Positions 30,764 to 42,045 of a stretch of DNA of 64,000 nt are shown piece by piece. The stretch lies in contig CBDBLO010000002.1 in the NCBI GenBank assembly GCA_965207075.1, positions 1,472,001 through 1,536,000 of the forward strand, read 5' to 3'. The notes under the pieces were generated by a model. That model was not told where the DNA came from and ran no database searches. It saw nothing but the letters and a program-made list of their open reading frames with translations. Within the stretch, counting starts at the first letter, position 1, and each line of letters opens with the position of its first letter. The translations under genes were made by a program, and so were the position numbers. The DNA comes from Nitrosopumilus sp. Lineage in GTDB: Archaea; Thermoproteota; Nitrososphaeria; Nitrososphaerales; Nitrosopumilaceae.

Positions 30764-31267
30764 GTGTCGTTTTCCATAGACTGGCAGGCCGAGTTCTACG
30801 GCATATCATGGGCGTACGAGAAGGACAGGCTGGTGATATCGCTCGTGTTCGAGGACACCGGGATTGCGGCCGCCGTCGCAAGGGCGGTGGAGAGATGGAG
30901 CGACAGGTTCACGCGCCTCACCATAATAGAGAAGGACGGCGACGAGTTTGCGATATGCTGCTACCAGGACCCGCAGGTCTCAAAGGACGAGTCCAACACG
31001 GGGCTGTTCCGCACCGGCATGAAGCAGAGGAGCGGGTACGAGCAGGCAAAGCACATGATCCTCGAGAAGCCCCCGCTCATACAGATTGCGTATGCGGCCG
31101 ACGTGAGGGACATGGGGACGTACGAACAGGTATCGCGCCTGGTTCCAATGAGAAAGTGCCGCATAATATCAGAAAAGGATCTGAGGCGGCAGGAATACCA
31201 CTACGAGAAGACCGCAAACGAGACGTCGACGGACAGAAGAATTTCCACGCCCACGGCAGGATCCTGA
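30764..31267 (+). CDS. Hypothetical protein
   Basis: 167-aa ORF with normal composition; TTAATTT upstream. Confidence 0.7.
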   Translation: MSFSIDWQAEFYGISWAYEKDRLVISLVFEDTGIAAAVARAVERWSDRFTRLTIIEKDGDEFAICCYQDPQVSKDESNTGLFRTGMKQRSGYEQAKHMILEKPPLIQIAYAADVRDMGTYEQVSRLVPMRKCRIISEKDLRRQEYHYEKTANETSTDRRISTPTAGS

Positions 31268-31806
31268 CGCTGTAACGTGCGGCAAGGGTGCGAATGCGGC
31301 CGCGCCTGCAGCAAGGCAGGGGGGGGATGCACGGCAGCGCCAGGCGTGGCCGGCCGCGGCAAAGCGGCGCAGGCGCACAGGCCCGCAGGCCACAGTCCGT
31401 CCTGCCCGCCGCTTCAAAAAAATGAATAAATCGTTCTTGGTCGTTATATAACGGTCGTGCAAAAGACCATCATGAAAGAAAAAGAGCAAGCAGAAGCATG
31501 GGAAGATGTAATCGGGTTATCGTGGCTAATCTCCGACGGCGAATAGCGTACGGGCAGCCCGCTTGCAAGCCGTTTTTTTTTTTTGACTTGTGGCTGATGC
31601 CGGGCTCGGTCCATTCTCCTTCCCCTTCCCCTCTCCCCCCTCCTCCCCCCCCCCCACACACGCACACAACCCCGAGCTGCCGCACTACGGGCACGCTCTG
31701 ACAGAAACAGGGGGCAGGCCGAACCGCGCAGGAGAGCGGCCAAGGCATGCACCATGCAGTCCTGCCTCTTTTATTACTGGACGTCCATAACATAACCGTG
31801 CGCGAC

Positions 31807-32622
31807 ATGATATGCGGCGTTGACGAATCCGGCGTGGGGTCCATAATAGGGCCCATGGTGTTTGCCGGAGTCGCAATGCAGGCAGAGTCGTCCCGTACGC
31901 TGAGACGGTGGGGGGTTGCAGACTCAAAGACGCTCCCCTGCAGCGCGGTGTCAGCAATATACAAGAGGATTGCAAGCGCACCGCAGCGCATGCTCATGTA
32001 CAGGACATCGGAGATAACGCCGCGCGAACTCGACATGGCCACGGCGGACAAAGTCGGCGGAGGCGGTAGGAGAGGCAGGGGCGCCCGGCTCAGGGAGGCA
32101 AAGATAAGCCGCGTTGCCGACATTATAGTCCGGCTTGCCGCCGCATGCAGTGCAGCCAACCGGCGCATAGAGGCCGCATGCGTAGACTCGTTTGACGCCG
32201 ACGCGCCAAGGCTGTCGGCGGACATTGCGTCGGCAGTCTCGTCCAGAATTAAATTTGCAGCGCCGGGGCCTCGCGCGTGCGAGACACCGCGGATCGTATG
32301 CCGGACGGGGGCAGACGGCGCCATACTGCCGGTCGCGGCCGCGTCAATAGTGGCAGTCGCCACATACAGGCAAAAGATGCGCGAGATACACAGGGCAATG
32401 GCGTCTCGCGGGTATGCGGTGGGGGACGCGGAATCCTTTGACTCGGAGAAGGGCGGAATGTACCGCTACATATATGACTACTACCAAAGCCACAGTACGC
32501 TTCCGGGGTTTGTTCGCGCAAACTGCAGGCCCATGAGGCGCCTCGTCAGCATGTGCTCAGAGACGGGCAGAACCCAGGCGGCCGGCGCGGGGGATCGCGC
32601 CGCCAAATCAATCCTTAAGTAA
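31807..32622 (+). CDS. Divergent ribonuclease HII-like protein
   Basis: ICGVDESGVGSIIGPMV, GVADSK and ADG...VAAASIVA motifs; canonical GRG and GYP elements altered. Confidence 0.8.
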   Translation: MICGVDESGVGSIIGPMVFAGVAMQAESSRTLRRWGVADSKTLPCSAVSAIYKRIASAPQRMLMYRTSEITPRELDMATADKVGGGGRRGRGARLREAKISRVADIIVRLAAACSAANRRIEAACVDSFDADAPRLSADIASAVSSRIKFAAPGPRACETPRIVCRTGADGAILPVAAASIVAVATYRQKMREIHRAMASRGYAVGDAESFDSEKGGMYRYIYDYYQSHSTLPGFVRANCRPMRRLVSMCSETGRTQAAGAGDRAAKSILK

Positions 32623-32642
32623 TACAGGATCACACGTCATCT

Positions 32643-33041
32643 ATGAATTTTGAAAACCTGCTGCGGAGGATCATGGATTCCGACGTCAACATCAGGCACA
32701 GCATAGTCACCGACATTGATGGGAACATACTTGCCGTAAACCACCGCGAGGGGGTGGCCAACTACCTATCAGAGGAGGAGACCGAGGCGTCGCTAAAAAG
32801 GGCCGCGAGTGCATGGAAGGGCCGCAAGGCACTGAGCCCCAAGATCGGCCCGGGCACGTACGCAATGGCGGCATTCCAAAAGATCACGAGGATAACGTTC
32901 CCGCTCGGCGACGACAACCTGATCTTTGTAAGCATGGGATCAGACAACGTGCGCTACGACATGCACGAGGGCGGCCAAAAGCAGATAGTCTCAAAGGTGC
33001 TCGGCATACTCAGCAAGGATCCCACAAGGGCGCTCGGCTGA
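32643..33041 (+). CDS. Roadblock/profilin-like hypothetical protein
   Basis: DVNIRHSIVTDIDGNIL...IGPGTYAMAAFQKITRITFPL; resembles 61017-61388. Confidence 0.75.
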   Translation: MNFENLLRRIMDSDVNIRHSIVTDIDGNILAVNHREGVANYLSEEETEASLKRAASAWKGRKALSPKIGPGTYAMAAFQKITRITFPLGDDNLIFVSMGSDNVRYDMHEGGQKQIVSKVLGILSKDPTRALG

Positions 33042-33180
33042 CGGCACAGGAATCAGCTCATGCGGCCGGCAGGTCGTGGCAACTGATGCAAGATAGGCGG
33101 CAGGGGCACTACGCGTGCAGGCATGCAAGTCAGAAAAAAAGAAGGCGTGTCGGCGGCGCACGTTGTCCGCGCCTGACGCG

Positions 33181-33357
33181 TCACTGTTTTGGATAGTGCA
33201 GGTCGCACAGCATGATGTCGCCGCCGTCGGTGCGCAGGGCCCTGATTCCGCGGCCGTCATCGACGCCCCTGCCGCAGGCGTTGCACGCAACGGGACGGGC
33301 CGTGGTGCAGACCAGTCGCGGCCTGGGCATGTAGAGATCCTGTAGTATAGTGCTCAT
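33181..33357 (-). CDS. Small putative zinc-binding protein
   Basis: CNAC...CDLH; TTTTATA box upstream. Confidence 0.55.
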   Translation of the reverse strand: MSTILQDLYMPRPRLVCTTARPVACNACGRGVDDGRGIRALRTDGGDIMLCDLHYPKQ

Positions 33358-33731
33358 GACATGGGTGGGGGGCACGCGAATATAAAAGTACCGTACTTTA
33401 TAGTTCTTTTACGGTTGTATACTTATGGCCGGGTACTGGGACCGCATCGTGGTGGAGGCGGGGGCGCCGTGTTCTTGGCCCTGCCGCGGTTACGCACGCA
33501 GCCGCGTGCAAAAACGGCCCGGTCCTGCACCTGCAGCGGGAACGACCGCGCCATATGGGGCGGAGGGCGGGCCCACCCATGCCCAATTCCTGATGGTTTC
33601 GGCAAGTCTGCAGGCTCGCTGATCATGCAGCGTAAACAGTGCCAAACACGACTGTCACGGCAGGGGCACGAGTCTGCACACCGGGAAGCCTAATCGGTTT
33701 AAATAAAACCCCCCGGCCGTCACATACATGG

Positions 33732-35300
33732 GTGGACGCATTTGGAAGGACGCGGATCGTGCCGCTAGACATTCCTAACAGAAACCAGTTCCAGATCTAC
33801 AGCAGCATATCACGCAGGTACGAGCATTCCTTTCTATTCGAGTCGCTTGCGGGCCCAGACGCGCTTGCCGAGACGTCCATCATGGGCTTCGGCCCGACGC
33901 TGATCCTGAGGGCGTACAGAGACCGCGTCGAGGTCGTGCCCGGCGAAGCGGTCCAAGATGCAGCGTCCGCGGAGCGCGTGCGGGCCATATGCAGGGCCGC
34001 GGCGCGCAGGGGCGGCGATAACGGCGACATCGCCGCCGGAGGCACCGGAAAGGGCGACGATGTGGCCGTGCAGGCGCGCGGCGCGCCGGAAAACATGGAG
34101 ATAAGGACGGACGACCCGTTTGACGCGATCAGGAGCGTGCTTGCGGCGGCGGCCGGGACGGACCCGGATGCAAAGGGCGCGGGCGCAACAGAGCCCGACT
34201 ACAGGTACGCCGGGGGGGCTGTCGGCATGGTAAACTATGACGCGGTTCGCGCAATCGAGGATGTGCCCGACTCCAACGGCTCCGACCCGCTGATCATGGA
34301 ATTCGGGGTCTACGACGACGGCATACTGTACGACAACAAGCTCGACAGGCCGTTCTACTTTTATCGCGGCCAGAGCAGGTATGACAGCATGATAAAGGCC
34401 GCGGCGGACGGCGATTGCGGCGGCGGCAATGACGGAAGGGGCAGTGGGCGCGCACGCGGCGGATTTCGCGCGGCAAACATCAGGCCCAACATCGACGCGA
34501 CAGGGTTTGCAGGGATGGTCAACAGGGCCAAAAAGTACATCCACGACGGGGACATATTCCAGGCCGTGCTCTCCAGGCGCTTTGAGTTTGATATAGACGG
34601 CGACACGCTGGCCCTGTACGGGACGCTGCGGGGGCTCAACCCGTCCCCGTACATGTACTACGTGAGGCACGGCGAACGCGTCACCATAGGCGCATCGCCG
34701 GAGATGCTAGTGAGGGTCACGGGCCCAGAGGTCGAGACCTTTCCCATAGCGGGCACCAGGGGCATCACGGGGGACGACGCAGAGGACGACAGGCTCGCCG
34801 CCGAGATGCTCGCGGACCAAAAGGAGCTGGCGGAGCACACGATGCTCGTGGATCTTGGGCGCAACGACATAGGCAGGGTCTGCAGGTTCGGCACGGTCCA
34901 CCCCGTGTCGCTCATGATGATAAAGCGGTTCAGCCACGTGCAGCACATGGTGACCCACCTGGCCGGCACGATATCTGACGAGGCCGACATGTTTGACGCG
35001 TTCAGGGCCGTCTTTCCGGCGGGCACCGTCTCCGGGGCCCCCAAGATAAGGGCCATGGAGATAATAGACGAGCTGGAGCCGGCGCCGCGGGGGCCGTATG
35101 CCGGGGCCGTCGGATACTTTTCATACAACGGGTGCTGCGACTTTGCGATCGCCATACGCAGCATATTCATAAACGGGCAGAAGGGGTTCGTCCAGGCGGG
35201 GGCCGGCATAGTGTACGACTCCACGCCGGACAACGAGTTCAAAGAGACAGAGTACAAGGCGGGTGCGATGATCCAGGCGCTCAGGGAGGCATCGTCATGA
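33732..35300 (+). CDS. trpE: Anthranilate synthase component I
   Basis: FLFESL, GDIFQAVLS, NPSPYM, KELAEHTMLVDLGRND and PAGTVSGAPK; GTG start inferred. Confidence 0.96.
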   Translation: MDAFGRTRIVPLDIPNRNQFQIYSSISRRYEHSFLFESLAGPDALAETSIMGFGPTLILRAYRDRVEVVPGEAVQDAASAERVRAICRAAARRGGDNGDIAAGGTGKGDDVAVQARGAPENMEIRTDDPFDAIRSVLAAAAGTDPDAKGAGATEPDYRYAGGAVGMVNYDAVRAIEDVPDSNGSDPLIMEFGVYDDGILYDNKLDRPFYFYRGQSRYDSMIKAAADGDCGGGNDGRGSGRARGGFRAANIRPNIDATGFAGMVNRAKKYIHDGDIFQAVLSRRFEFDIDGDTLALYGTLRGLNPSPYMYYVRHGERVTIGASPEMLVRVTGPEVETFPIAGTRGITGDDAEDDRLAAEMLADQKELAEHTMLVDLGRNDIGRVCRFGTVHPVSLMMIKRFSHVQHMVTHLAGTISDEADMFDAFRAVFPAGTVSGAPKIRAMEIIDELEPAPRGPYAGAVGYFSYNGCCDFAIAIRSIFINGQKGFVQAGAGIVYDSTPDNEFKETEYKAGAMIQALREASS

Positions 35301-35908
35301 CAAGGCTGCTTGTGATAGACAACTATGACTCGTTCGTGTACAACATTGCCCAGTACATGGGGGAGCTGGGCGCCGAGTGCACGGTGGTACGGAACGACAA
35401 GACCTCGGTATCGGACATTGCCAGGGGCGCATACGACGCAATCGTCATATCGCCAGGCCCCGGCACCCCGGAGGACGCCAGGTACTTTGGGATCTGCACC
35501 GACGTGATAAGGGAGCTGGGCCCCACGACGCCGATACTTGGCGTGTGCCTGGGGCACCAGGGGATAATACACGCGTTTGGAGGCGCCGTGGTCAACGCAG
35601 GGTGCGCGCGGCACGGAAAGACAAGCCCCGTGGGCCACTCTGGGTCGGGGGTCTTTGCAGGGGTGCCGACCCCGTTCAGGGCCACCAGGTACCACAGCCT
35701 CGTGGGGGACCGCACCGTGGTTCCGGACGCGCTCGAGGTGACCGCCCGCGCGGAGGACGACGGCGAGATCATGGGCGTGAGGCACAAGAGGTACCCCATA
35801 GTGGGCGTCCAGTTCCACCCCGAGTCGATAATGACAGAGCACGGCAAGGCCATACTTGCAAACTTTCTGGGCATGGCCAGGGGGGCCGGGGGGGAGGAAA
35901 AGGCATGA
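35297..35908 (+). CDS. trpG: Anthranilate synthase component II
   Basis: IDNYDSF, SPGPG, GVCLGHQ, RYHSL and QFHPES motifs. Confidence 0.97.
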   Translation: MTRLLVIDNYDSFVYNIAQYMGELGAECTVVRNDKTSVSDIARGAYDAIVISPGPGTPEDARYFGICTDVIRELGPTTPILGVCLGHQGIIHAFGGAVVNAGCARHGKTSPVGHSGSGVFAGVPTPFRATRYHSLVGDRTVVPDALEVTARAEDDGEIMGVRHKRYPIVGVQFHPESIMTEHGKAILANFLGMARGAGGEEKA

Positions 35909-37005
35909 GCATAGAGGAGATAGTCGACGCGGTGTGCGCCGGAAGGGACCTCGACTGCGCGCAGGCCGAGCGCGTGGCCGGGGCCATGCTGGACGGCGAG
36001 ACGAGCCACGAGCAGAACGCGAGGTTCCTGGGGTGCATGTCGGCAAAGGGCGAGACTGACGCGGAGCTTGCGTCGATGCTCGGGGTGATGATGCAGAGGG
36101 CGGTCCGGCTGCACCCAAACGTCAGGGGCCCGATAATCGACGTGTGCGGCACCGGCGGCGACATGCAGCGGACGTTCAACGTGTCGACCGCGGCCTCGTT
36201 TGTGGCCGCGGCCGCGTCGTCGTGCGGCCCGGCGCGCGACAGGTTCGCGGTCGCAAAGCACGGCAACCGGTCCTCGTCGGGGGCCTCCGGCAGCGCCGAC
36301 GTGTTCGAGGCGCTCGGGTACGACAACTCGGCGGAGCCGTCCAGGGTGCAGGAGATACTGGAGAGGTGCGGGATATGCTTTGTGTTTGCGCAGAGGTTCC
36401 ATCCCGCGATGAGGCACGTGGCGTCCGCCCGGCGCGCTCTCGGAAGGAGGACCGTATTCAACTTGCTGGGGCCGCTTGCAAACCCGGCGGGGACATCCAG
36501 GCAGCTCGTGGGCGTCTCCACCGAGGACCTGCTGGACAGGATACCAATAATACTGGCGGGGCGCGGGGCCGAGGTGACGATGACCGTAATGTCAGCAGAG
36601 GGCATGGACGAGCTGTCGACCAGCTCGTCAAACGCCGTGCGGGTGTCGCGCGGTACTGGCGGCAGCGGCGGCGGCAACAGTAGCAGGAGATTCACAGTCA
36701 GGCCCGAGGAGGTGGGGCTGCACAGATCCGACATCTCCGAGATCAGGGTTGCGGACGCTCCGGAGTCGGCAAGGGCAGTGGTGGGCGCCGTAGACGGGAC
36801 GGCCGGCAGGGCGGTAATAGAGACCGCGGCGTTCAACGCGGCGGGGGCCCTCGTGGTCGCGGGGGCGGCCGACAGCCTAAAGGACGCGGTACCGGTGTGC
36901 ATGGACGCGGTCATGAGCGGCAGGGCGTCGGCAGGACTCGACTCGTTTGTGAGGCACGCCGGAAGCATGGAGATGTTGGAGGGGATAAGGAACAGTGGCG
37001 CATGA
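35905..37005 (+). CDS. trpD: Anthranilate phosphoribosyltransferase
   Basis: DVCGTGGD, FNVST, KHGNRS and RTVFNLLGPLANP motifs. Confidence 0.97.
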   Translation: MSIEEIVDAVCAGRDLDCAQAERVAGAMLDGETSHEQNARFLGCMSAKGETDAELASMLGVMMQRAVRLHPNVRGPIIDVCGTGGDMQRTFNVSTAASFVAAAASSCGPARDRFAVAKHGNRSSSGASGSADVFEALGYDNSAEPSRVQEILERCGICFVFAQRFHPAMRHVASARRALGRRTVFNLLGPLANPAGTSRQLVGVSTEDLLDRIPIILAGRGAEVTMTVMSAEGMDELSTSSSNAVRVSRGTGGSGGGNSSRRFTVRPEEVGLHRSDISEIRVADAPESARAVVGAVDGTAGRAVIETAAFNAAGALVVAGAADSLKDAVPVCMDAVMSGRASAGLDSFVRHAGSMEMLEGIRNSGA

Positions 37006-37822
37006 CATACTGCGCAGGCTCGTCGCAAACTCCATGGCCGCGCTCGACGACGGCGTATACGACGCGGACGCGCACAGTGGCGCGGCAGACAGCCTTTCCA
37101 GGTCCGGCTACAGCCTGGCAGAGTGCATCAGGACGGCCCCCCACGCGGCCGTGATATCGGAGATCAAGTTCTCCTCCCCGTCCGAGGGCAGGCTCAGGAC
37201 CGTATCGGATCCCGCCACGATTGCGGCCGCCATGGTCAGGGGCGGAGCCGTCGGGCTGTCCGTGCTGACCCAGCCCCACCTCTTTGGCGGCTCCCCGGAA
37301 TACTTTGCAAAGGTCAGGCAGGCAGTGGACGTGCCGATGCTGATGAAGGATATCATAGTGGACAGGAGGCAGATCGACGCCGCAGTGCGGATAGGCGCCG
37401 ACTACATACTGCTGATACAGTCCGTGTTTGGCTCCGGCGCGTGCACGGGGCAGACGGCAGGCGGGCTCGCAGAGTACGCCCACAGGCAGGGACTCGGGGT
37501 CCTGCTGGAGGTGCACACCGTACAGGAGTACGAGGAGGCCGCGGCCTCCAAGGCGGAGATCATCGGGATCAACAACCGCAACCTGGACACGCTTGCAATC
37601 AGCACCGACGTGACCCGCGACATACTGCAGTCTGCGCGCCGGGGGGCCGGGGACGGTGACGACGGTGACGGGCGCGTCACGATATCAGAGAGCGGGATTG
37701 CATCGGCCGACGACATCAGGAGGGTGCGCGAATATGGGGCCGACGGGTTCCTGGTAGGATCAAGCATAATGAAGAGTCACAATATAGAGGAGGCCGTAAG
37801 GGGGATGGTGGGCGCGTATTGA
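36995..37822 (+). CDS. trpC: Indole-3-glycerol phosphate synthase
   Basis: [25 protein letters not shown] and SESGI motifs. Confidence 0.96.
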   Translation: MAHDILRRLVANSMAALDDGVYDADAHSGAADSLSRSGYSLAECIRTAPHAAVISEIKFSSPSEGRLRTVSDPATIAAAMVRGGAVGLSVLTQPHLFGGSPEYFAKVRQAVDVPMLMKDIIVDRRQIDAAVRIGADYILLIQSVFGSGACTGQTAGGLAEYAHRQGLGVLLEVHTVQEYEEAAASKAEIIGINNRNLDTLAISTDVTRDILQSARRGAGDGDDGDGRVTISESGIASADDIRRVREYGADGFLVGSSIMKSHNIEEAVRGMVGAY

Positions 37823-39033
37823 GCAGCAGCAACAGCAGGAGGAGGAAGTATCCAAAAAACGGCAGGTTCGGGGAGTTCGGCGGCAGGTACATACCAGAGA
37901 CGCTGGTGCCCCCCGTCGAGGAGCTCGAGGAGAGATACCTCAGGTTCAGGGACGACCCCTCGTTCAAGGCGGAGCTTGGCGCATACCTGAAAAACTACGC
38001 CGGGCGCCCGACCCCGCTGTACCACGCAAAGAACCTCTCAGACGAGCTTGGGGGGGCCCGGATATACCTCAAGCGGGAGGACCTGCTGCACGGCGGGGCC
38101 CACAAGATAAACAACACGCTCGGGCAGGCGCTCCTTGCAAAGCGCATGGGAAAGCGGCGCGTCATAGCCGAGACTGGGGCCGGACAGCACGGGGTGGCCA
38201 CCGCGATGGCGTGCGCCGCGCTCGGCATGAGGTCGGAGGTATACATGGGGTCAGTAGACATGGCAAGGCAGAGGCCCAACGTCCTGCGCATGGAGATGCT
38301 GGGCGCCGCCATGCGGCCCGTCGACTCGGGCTCGCGCACCCTGAAGGACGCGATCAACGAGGCCATACGCGACTGGATTGCAAACGTGGGCGACACGTAC
38401 TACCTGCTCGGCTCGGCCGTCGGCCCCCACCCCTACCCCGTGATGGTCAGGGACTTTCAGAGGGTCATAGGCGACGAGATAAGGAGGCAGGTCGCAAGAC
38501 AGGCCGGGGGCGGCGGCTCCGCAGACGTGGTGATTGCCTGCGTGGGCGGCGGCTCCAACGCGATAGGGACGTTCTACCCCCTTGCAGGCACGGGCACGAA
38601 GCTGGTAGGAATCGAGGCCGCCGGCCGCGGGCTCGGCACCGGGATGCACGCGGCCACGCTCTCGGCAGGCAGGCGCGGGGTGCTGCACGGCATGATGACC
38701 TACCTGCTGCAGGATGCGGAAGGGCAGATAACTGAGACGCACAGCGTCTCGGCGGGGCTTGACTATCCCGGGGTGGGCCCCGAGCACGCGCACTACAAGG
38801 AGACGGGCGCCGTGTCGTACCGCTCGGCGACCGACGCGGAGGCAGTCGACGCGTTCATGAGGCTGACCAAGACGGAGGGGATAATACCGGCCCTCGAATC
38901 GTCGCACGCGATAGCAGAGGCAGTCAAGATCGCACCGCAGATGAAGAGATCAGAGCGCATCGTGGTCACACTCTCCGGCAGGGGAGACAAGGACGTGGAG
39001 GAGGTTCAGAGGTACCTTGCAGGCGGCAGGTAA
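37819..39033 (+). CDS. trpB: Tryptophan synthase beta chain
   Basis: [33 protein letters not shown] and [11 protein letters not shown] motifs. Confidence 0.98.
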   Translation: MSSSNSRRRKYPKNGRFGEFGGRYIPETLVPPVEELEERYLRFRDDPSFKAELGAYLKNYAGRPTPLYHAKNLSDELGGARIYLKREDLLHGGAHKINNTLGQALLAKRMGKRRVIAETGAGQHGVATAMACAALGMRSEVYMGSVDMARQRPNVLRMEMLGAAMRPVDSGSRTLKDAINEAIRDWIANVGDTYYLLGSAVGPHPYPVMVRDFQRVIGDEIRRQVARQAGGGGSADVVIACVGGGSNAIGTFYPLAGTGTKLVGIEAAGRGLGTGMHAATLSAGRRGVLHGMMTYLLQDAEGQITETHSVSAGLDYPGVGPEHAHYKETGAVSYRSATDAEAVDAFMRLTKTEGIIPALESSHAIAEAVKIAPQMKRSERIVVTLSGRGDKDVEEVQRYLAGGR

Positions 39034-39946
39034 AGAGAGAGAGGGGGGCCGGAGGGCCGGGGACGGCGGCAGCGGCAGCAGCAGCAGCAGCAGAATAGCG
39101 TCCAGGTTTGCAGAACTGCGCGCCAGAAACGAGAGGGGCCTCGTCACGTACGCAATGGCCGGGTTCCCGTCGGAGAGGGCCTCAGTGGCCGCGGTCTCCG
39201 GCATGATAAAAGGAGGGGCCGACGTCATAGAGCTGGGATTTCCGTTCTCCGACCCGCTTGCAGACGGGCCCGCGATACAGGAGGCAAGCTCGGGGGCGCT
39301 CGGCAGGGGCGCCACCTTTGAGGGTTTCCTCATGACCGCATCGAGGATAAGGCGCGCCAACCGGGACGTGCCGCTCGTGCTCATGACGTACACCAACATA
39401 CTGTACAACCTCGGATACGGCAGGGCGGCATCCATGATATCAGACGCGGGCATAGACGGGATCATACTGCCGGACATGTCGGCCGACGAGTCGGCGCCGT
39501 ACGTGGCGGCCGCCCGCAGGTACGGGCTGGACACGATATTCCTGGCGTCCCCGAACACCCAGGCAGGCAGGCTGCGGCGAATCGCGAGCCTCTCGACGGG
39601 CTTTCTGTACATGGTGGCAGTATACGGGACCACGGGCGTCAGAGACAGGCGCATCGGGGGGCGGACGGGCAAGGCGGGCGGCGGCCCGGTGGCAGGATAC
39701 GCACTTGACGCCATCCGCAGGGCCAAGCGCACGGCGGGGCGCCCCGGGACGCGGCTGCCAATAGGGGTCGGATTCGGAATCTCCTCGCCTGCAGACGTCA
39801 GGCAGTACGTCGGGGCGGGGGCAGACGCGGTCATAGTGGGGAGCGCATACACGAAGATAATCAAGGAGTCGGCGCCAAGGGACGTCGAGAAGAACGTGTC
39901 CGCGCTTACAAGGAGGCTCAAGGCCGCAACGCGCGGCGCGTCCTGA
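39017..39946 (+). CDS. trpA: Tryptophan synthase alpha chain
   Basis: [23 protein letters not shown] and ADAVIVGSA motifs; start codon uncertain. Confidence 0.96.
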   Translation: MQAAGKEREGGRRAGDGGSGSSSSSRIASRFAELRARNERGLVTYAMAGFPSERASVAAVSGMIKGGADVIELGFPFSDPLADGPAIQEASSGALGRGATFEGFLMTASRIRRANRDVPLVLMTYTNILYNLGYGRAASMISDAGIDGIILPDMSADESAPYVAAARRYGLDTIFLASPNTQAGRLRRIASLSTGFLYMVAVYGTTGVRDRRIGGRTGKAGGGPVAGYALDAIRRAKRTAGRPGTRLPIGVGFGISSPADVRQYVGAGADAVIVGSAYTKIIKESAPRDVEKNVSALTRRLKAATRGAS

Positions 39947-40714
39947 GTACACGGCCAAGATCGCTTACCGCCATGTAGCAGACGGCGGCGCCCACTCCTG
40001 CAGAAAGACATGCAAGCAGACTAGTACGAGCACAACAGGCGCTGCGAGGCCAAGGAAAACTAACATAACGAGCGAGAGCCCCGCACAGCAGGTAGGGCCC
40101 GCAAGCTGCCGGGCCTAAAGGACTTTGATACGGCATCTGGATCGGGCCCATAATGACGGCAGAAGGCGATTGGAATGCTTACAATATCTCTCCCGTTTTT
40201 CATTATTTATGATATGAACAAATGCATTATACGGATCTGTCAAGAGTGTGTGTGATGAGAACGACTGTCAAATCTGTGCGCCAGGATGCGAGCTGGAGAG
40301 TTGACGGATCTGATCTTCTGGAAAAATTCGGAAGCCAACTGAGTTTTGTTAAAAAAGCCAGCGGGAGCGGCCAGATATCCTTTGGTTTGAAGGCCGCGTG
40401 CCACACGAACACGCGCCTTACACACAGGCCAATCCTTACCTCAAGGTCCTTGACTCCCGTCTCAAGATCGACGTGTTCGCTTTTGATACCCCTTGCATTA
40501 CGTAGCATGCCAAGTACTTCGTCATACGTAACGGACTTGCGTGTTCTGCCATGCCGCCTCGATTGCGCGTAATAAAAACTGGCAAGCCGTAGCTTACGGC
40601 GGTAACATCCCACTGGTGCTTTCTAGAGAAGATCAGATCCGGCCAACCTCCCAGCTCGTATCCCGGCACACGGATTTGACAATCTTCCTTTAACACTAAA
40701 TTTAAATATAATGG

Positions 40715-41950
40715 ATGTCTGCATTGTCATTAATGAAGAATAATGTTAATAAGAAAAAAAGCATCAACAAAGACGACAATCCAGTATTCAGGTTTCATGT
40801 CAGCCCCAAGGTGGATATCGCGCTCCGCAACAAGGACATGCCGCCATTCATTCCAGACGCTCTGCCGCCTGACATAACCTTCGACAGCAACCTATCCACA
40901 CTGCTTGAGAGTGCATCAAGATTAGTTGGAGAATTGAACGGCATCGGTAGTTCGATGGAAAATCCACGCATCCTGATCGGACGATACGTGAGGCACGAGG
41001 CAGTCGTAAGTTCCAGAATCGAGGGGACACTAGCATCCATAGAAGATTTGAACACGTATGAGATACTTGGAGGTTTCCAGAAGACAGATGCAGATCGCCT
41101 AAGGATAAAGGAGGTGTTCAACTACGAAAAGGCGCTCAAATGGGCCTTGAAACAGATCAGAGGCGGCGGCCAGTCCGTTGATCTGAGTATTATTCTGAAT
41201 GCCCACAAAATTCTAATGGACGGAGTGCGAGGACAGGAGTCCAGTCCCGGAAAAATCCGCGACCAGCAGAATGTCATTATAGAAAGAAGATCATTCAGCG
41301 CCACGGTCACATACGTCCCGCCCCCACCAAAAAAACTGCGAAAACTACTCCGAAACCTAGAAGCATTCTGCAAGAACGGGCACGATAACATTCCAGTCCT
41401 GATACAATGCGCAATGATCCACTACCAGTTCGAGGCCATACACCCCTTTGAGGATGGGAATGGCAGGATAGGAAGGTTGTTGATATTGATGATGTTGTGT
41501 CAGAGAGGATTTCTGAAAGAGCCGCTGCTTTACATGAGCGCCTTCTTCGAACGGCACAAGACAGAGTATTACCGATATCTCATGGAGGTAAGCAGCAAGG
41601 ACAAGTGGAACCAGTGGATATGGTTCTTTTTACAGGCCTTTGTAGAGCAGGCGGGGGAGGCCATAGAGAGCACCAGAAGGCTGTCGGCACTACAGCGACA
41701 ATATCGCCATACCCTGCAGAACATGAATGCGGGGGGCAATGTCATCGCTTTGATGGAGTCTTTGTTTGAAAATCCCTTCGCCACCATACCGTCAGCCCAA
41801 AAGCGGCTTGGCGTGTCATACCCGACTGCTAAGAGAACCGTTTCCACACTAGTAGACGCCGGCATGCTGACTCAGATCAATGCCAGATACAAAAGCAGGA
41901 TCTTCGCGGCCCTTGAGATTCATGATGCGTTACGTGACAGCACATTTTAG
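40715..41950 (+). CDS. Fic family protein with N-terminal inhibitory helix and C-terminal wHTH
   Basis: Canonical HPFEDGNGRIGR motif; SSRIEG matches (S/T)xxxE(G/N); visibly lower GC than core genes. Confidence 0.93.
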   Translation: MSALSLMKNNVNKKKSINKDDNPVFRFHVSPKVDIALRNKDMPPFIPDALPPDITFDSNLSTLLESASRLVGELNGIGSSMENPRILIGRYVRHEAVVSSRIEGTLASIEDLNTYEILGGFQKTDADRLRIKEVFNYEKALKWALKQIRGGGQSVDLSIILNAHKILMDGVRGQESSPGKIRDQQNVIIERRSFSATVTYVPPPPKKLRKLLRNLEAFCKNGHDNIPVLIQCAMIHYQFEAIHPFEDGNGRIGRLLILMMLCQRGFLKEPLLYMSAFFERHKTEYYRYLMEVSSKDKWNQWIWFFLQAFVEQAGEAIESTRRLSALQRQYRHTLQNMNAGGNVIALMESLFENPFATIPSAQKRLGVSYPTAKRTVSTLVDAGMLTQINARYKSRIFAALEIHDALRDSTF

Positions 41951-41953
41951 ACA

Positions 41954-42038
41954 GGCACTGCTTCCAATTCGTGATATAGGCACGACTGACGGGGTGGGAT
42001 CGATAGGATTCGCTGTATCACGAATTGGAAGCAGTGCT
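41954..42038. repeat. MITE copy 1 (85 bp)
   Basis: Perfect 22-bp inverted repeat GCACTGCTTCCAATTCGTGATA (41955-41976 / 42016-42037) around a 39-bp core shared with copies 2 and 3. Confidence 0.9.
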
Positions 42039-42045
42039 TAAGATA

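Noticed and set aside
34658-37028. Long antisense and alternative-frame ORFs over trp and other core genes
   Set aside because: Shadow ORFs expected in GC-rich DNA; the opposite frames carry the conserved motifs
39935-39942. GGCGCGTC as the inverted target duplication of MITE 3 (right flank GACGCGCC)
   Set aside because: A GC-rich 8-mer inside trpA with no adjacent TIR; likely chance
40227-40696. Two overlapping minus-strand ORFs as a toxin-antitoxin pair
   Set aside because: No recognisable motifs; may be a frameshifted remnant but cannot be supported from sequence alone
41946-42038. Hairpin after the Fic stop as an integron attC site (TTTAGAC resembles GTTRRRY)
   Set aside because: No RYYYAAC...GTTRRRY arrangement and no integron integrase; the same ends act as TIRs with an 8-bp duplication at 339-905
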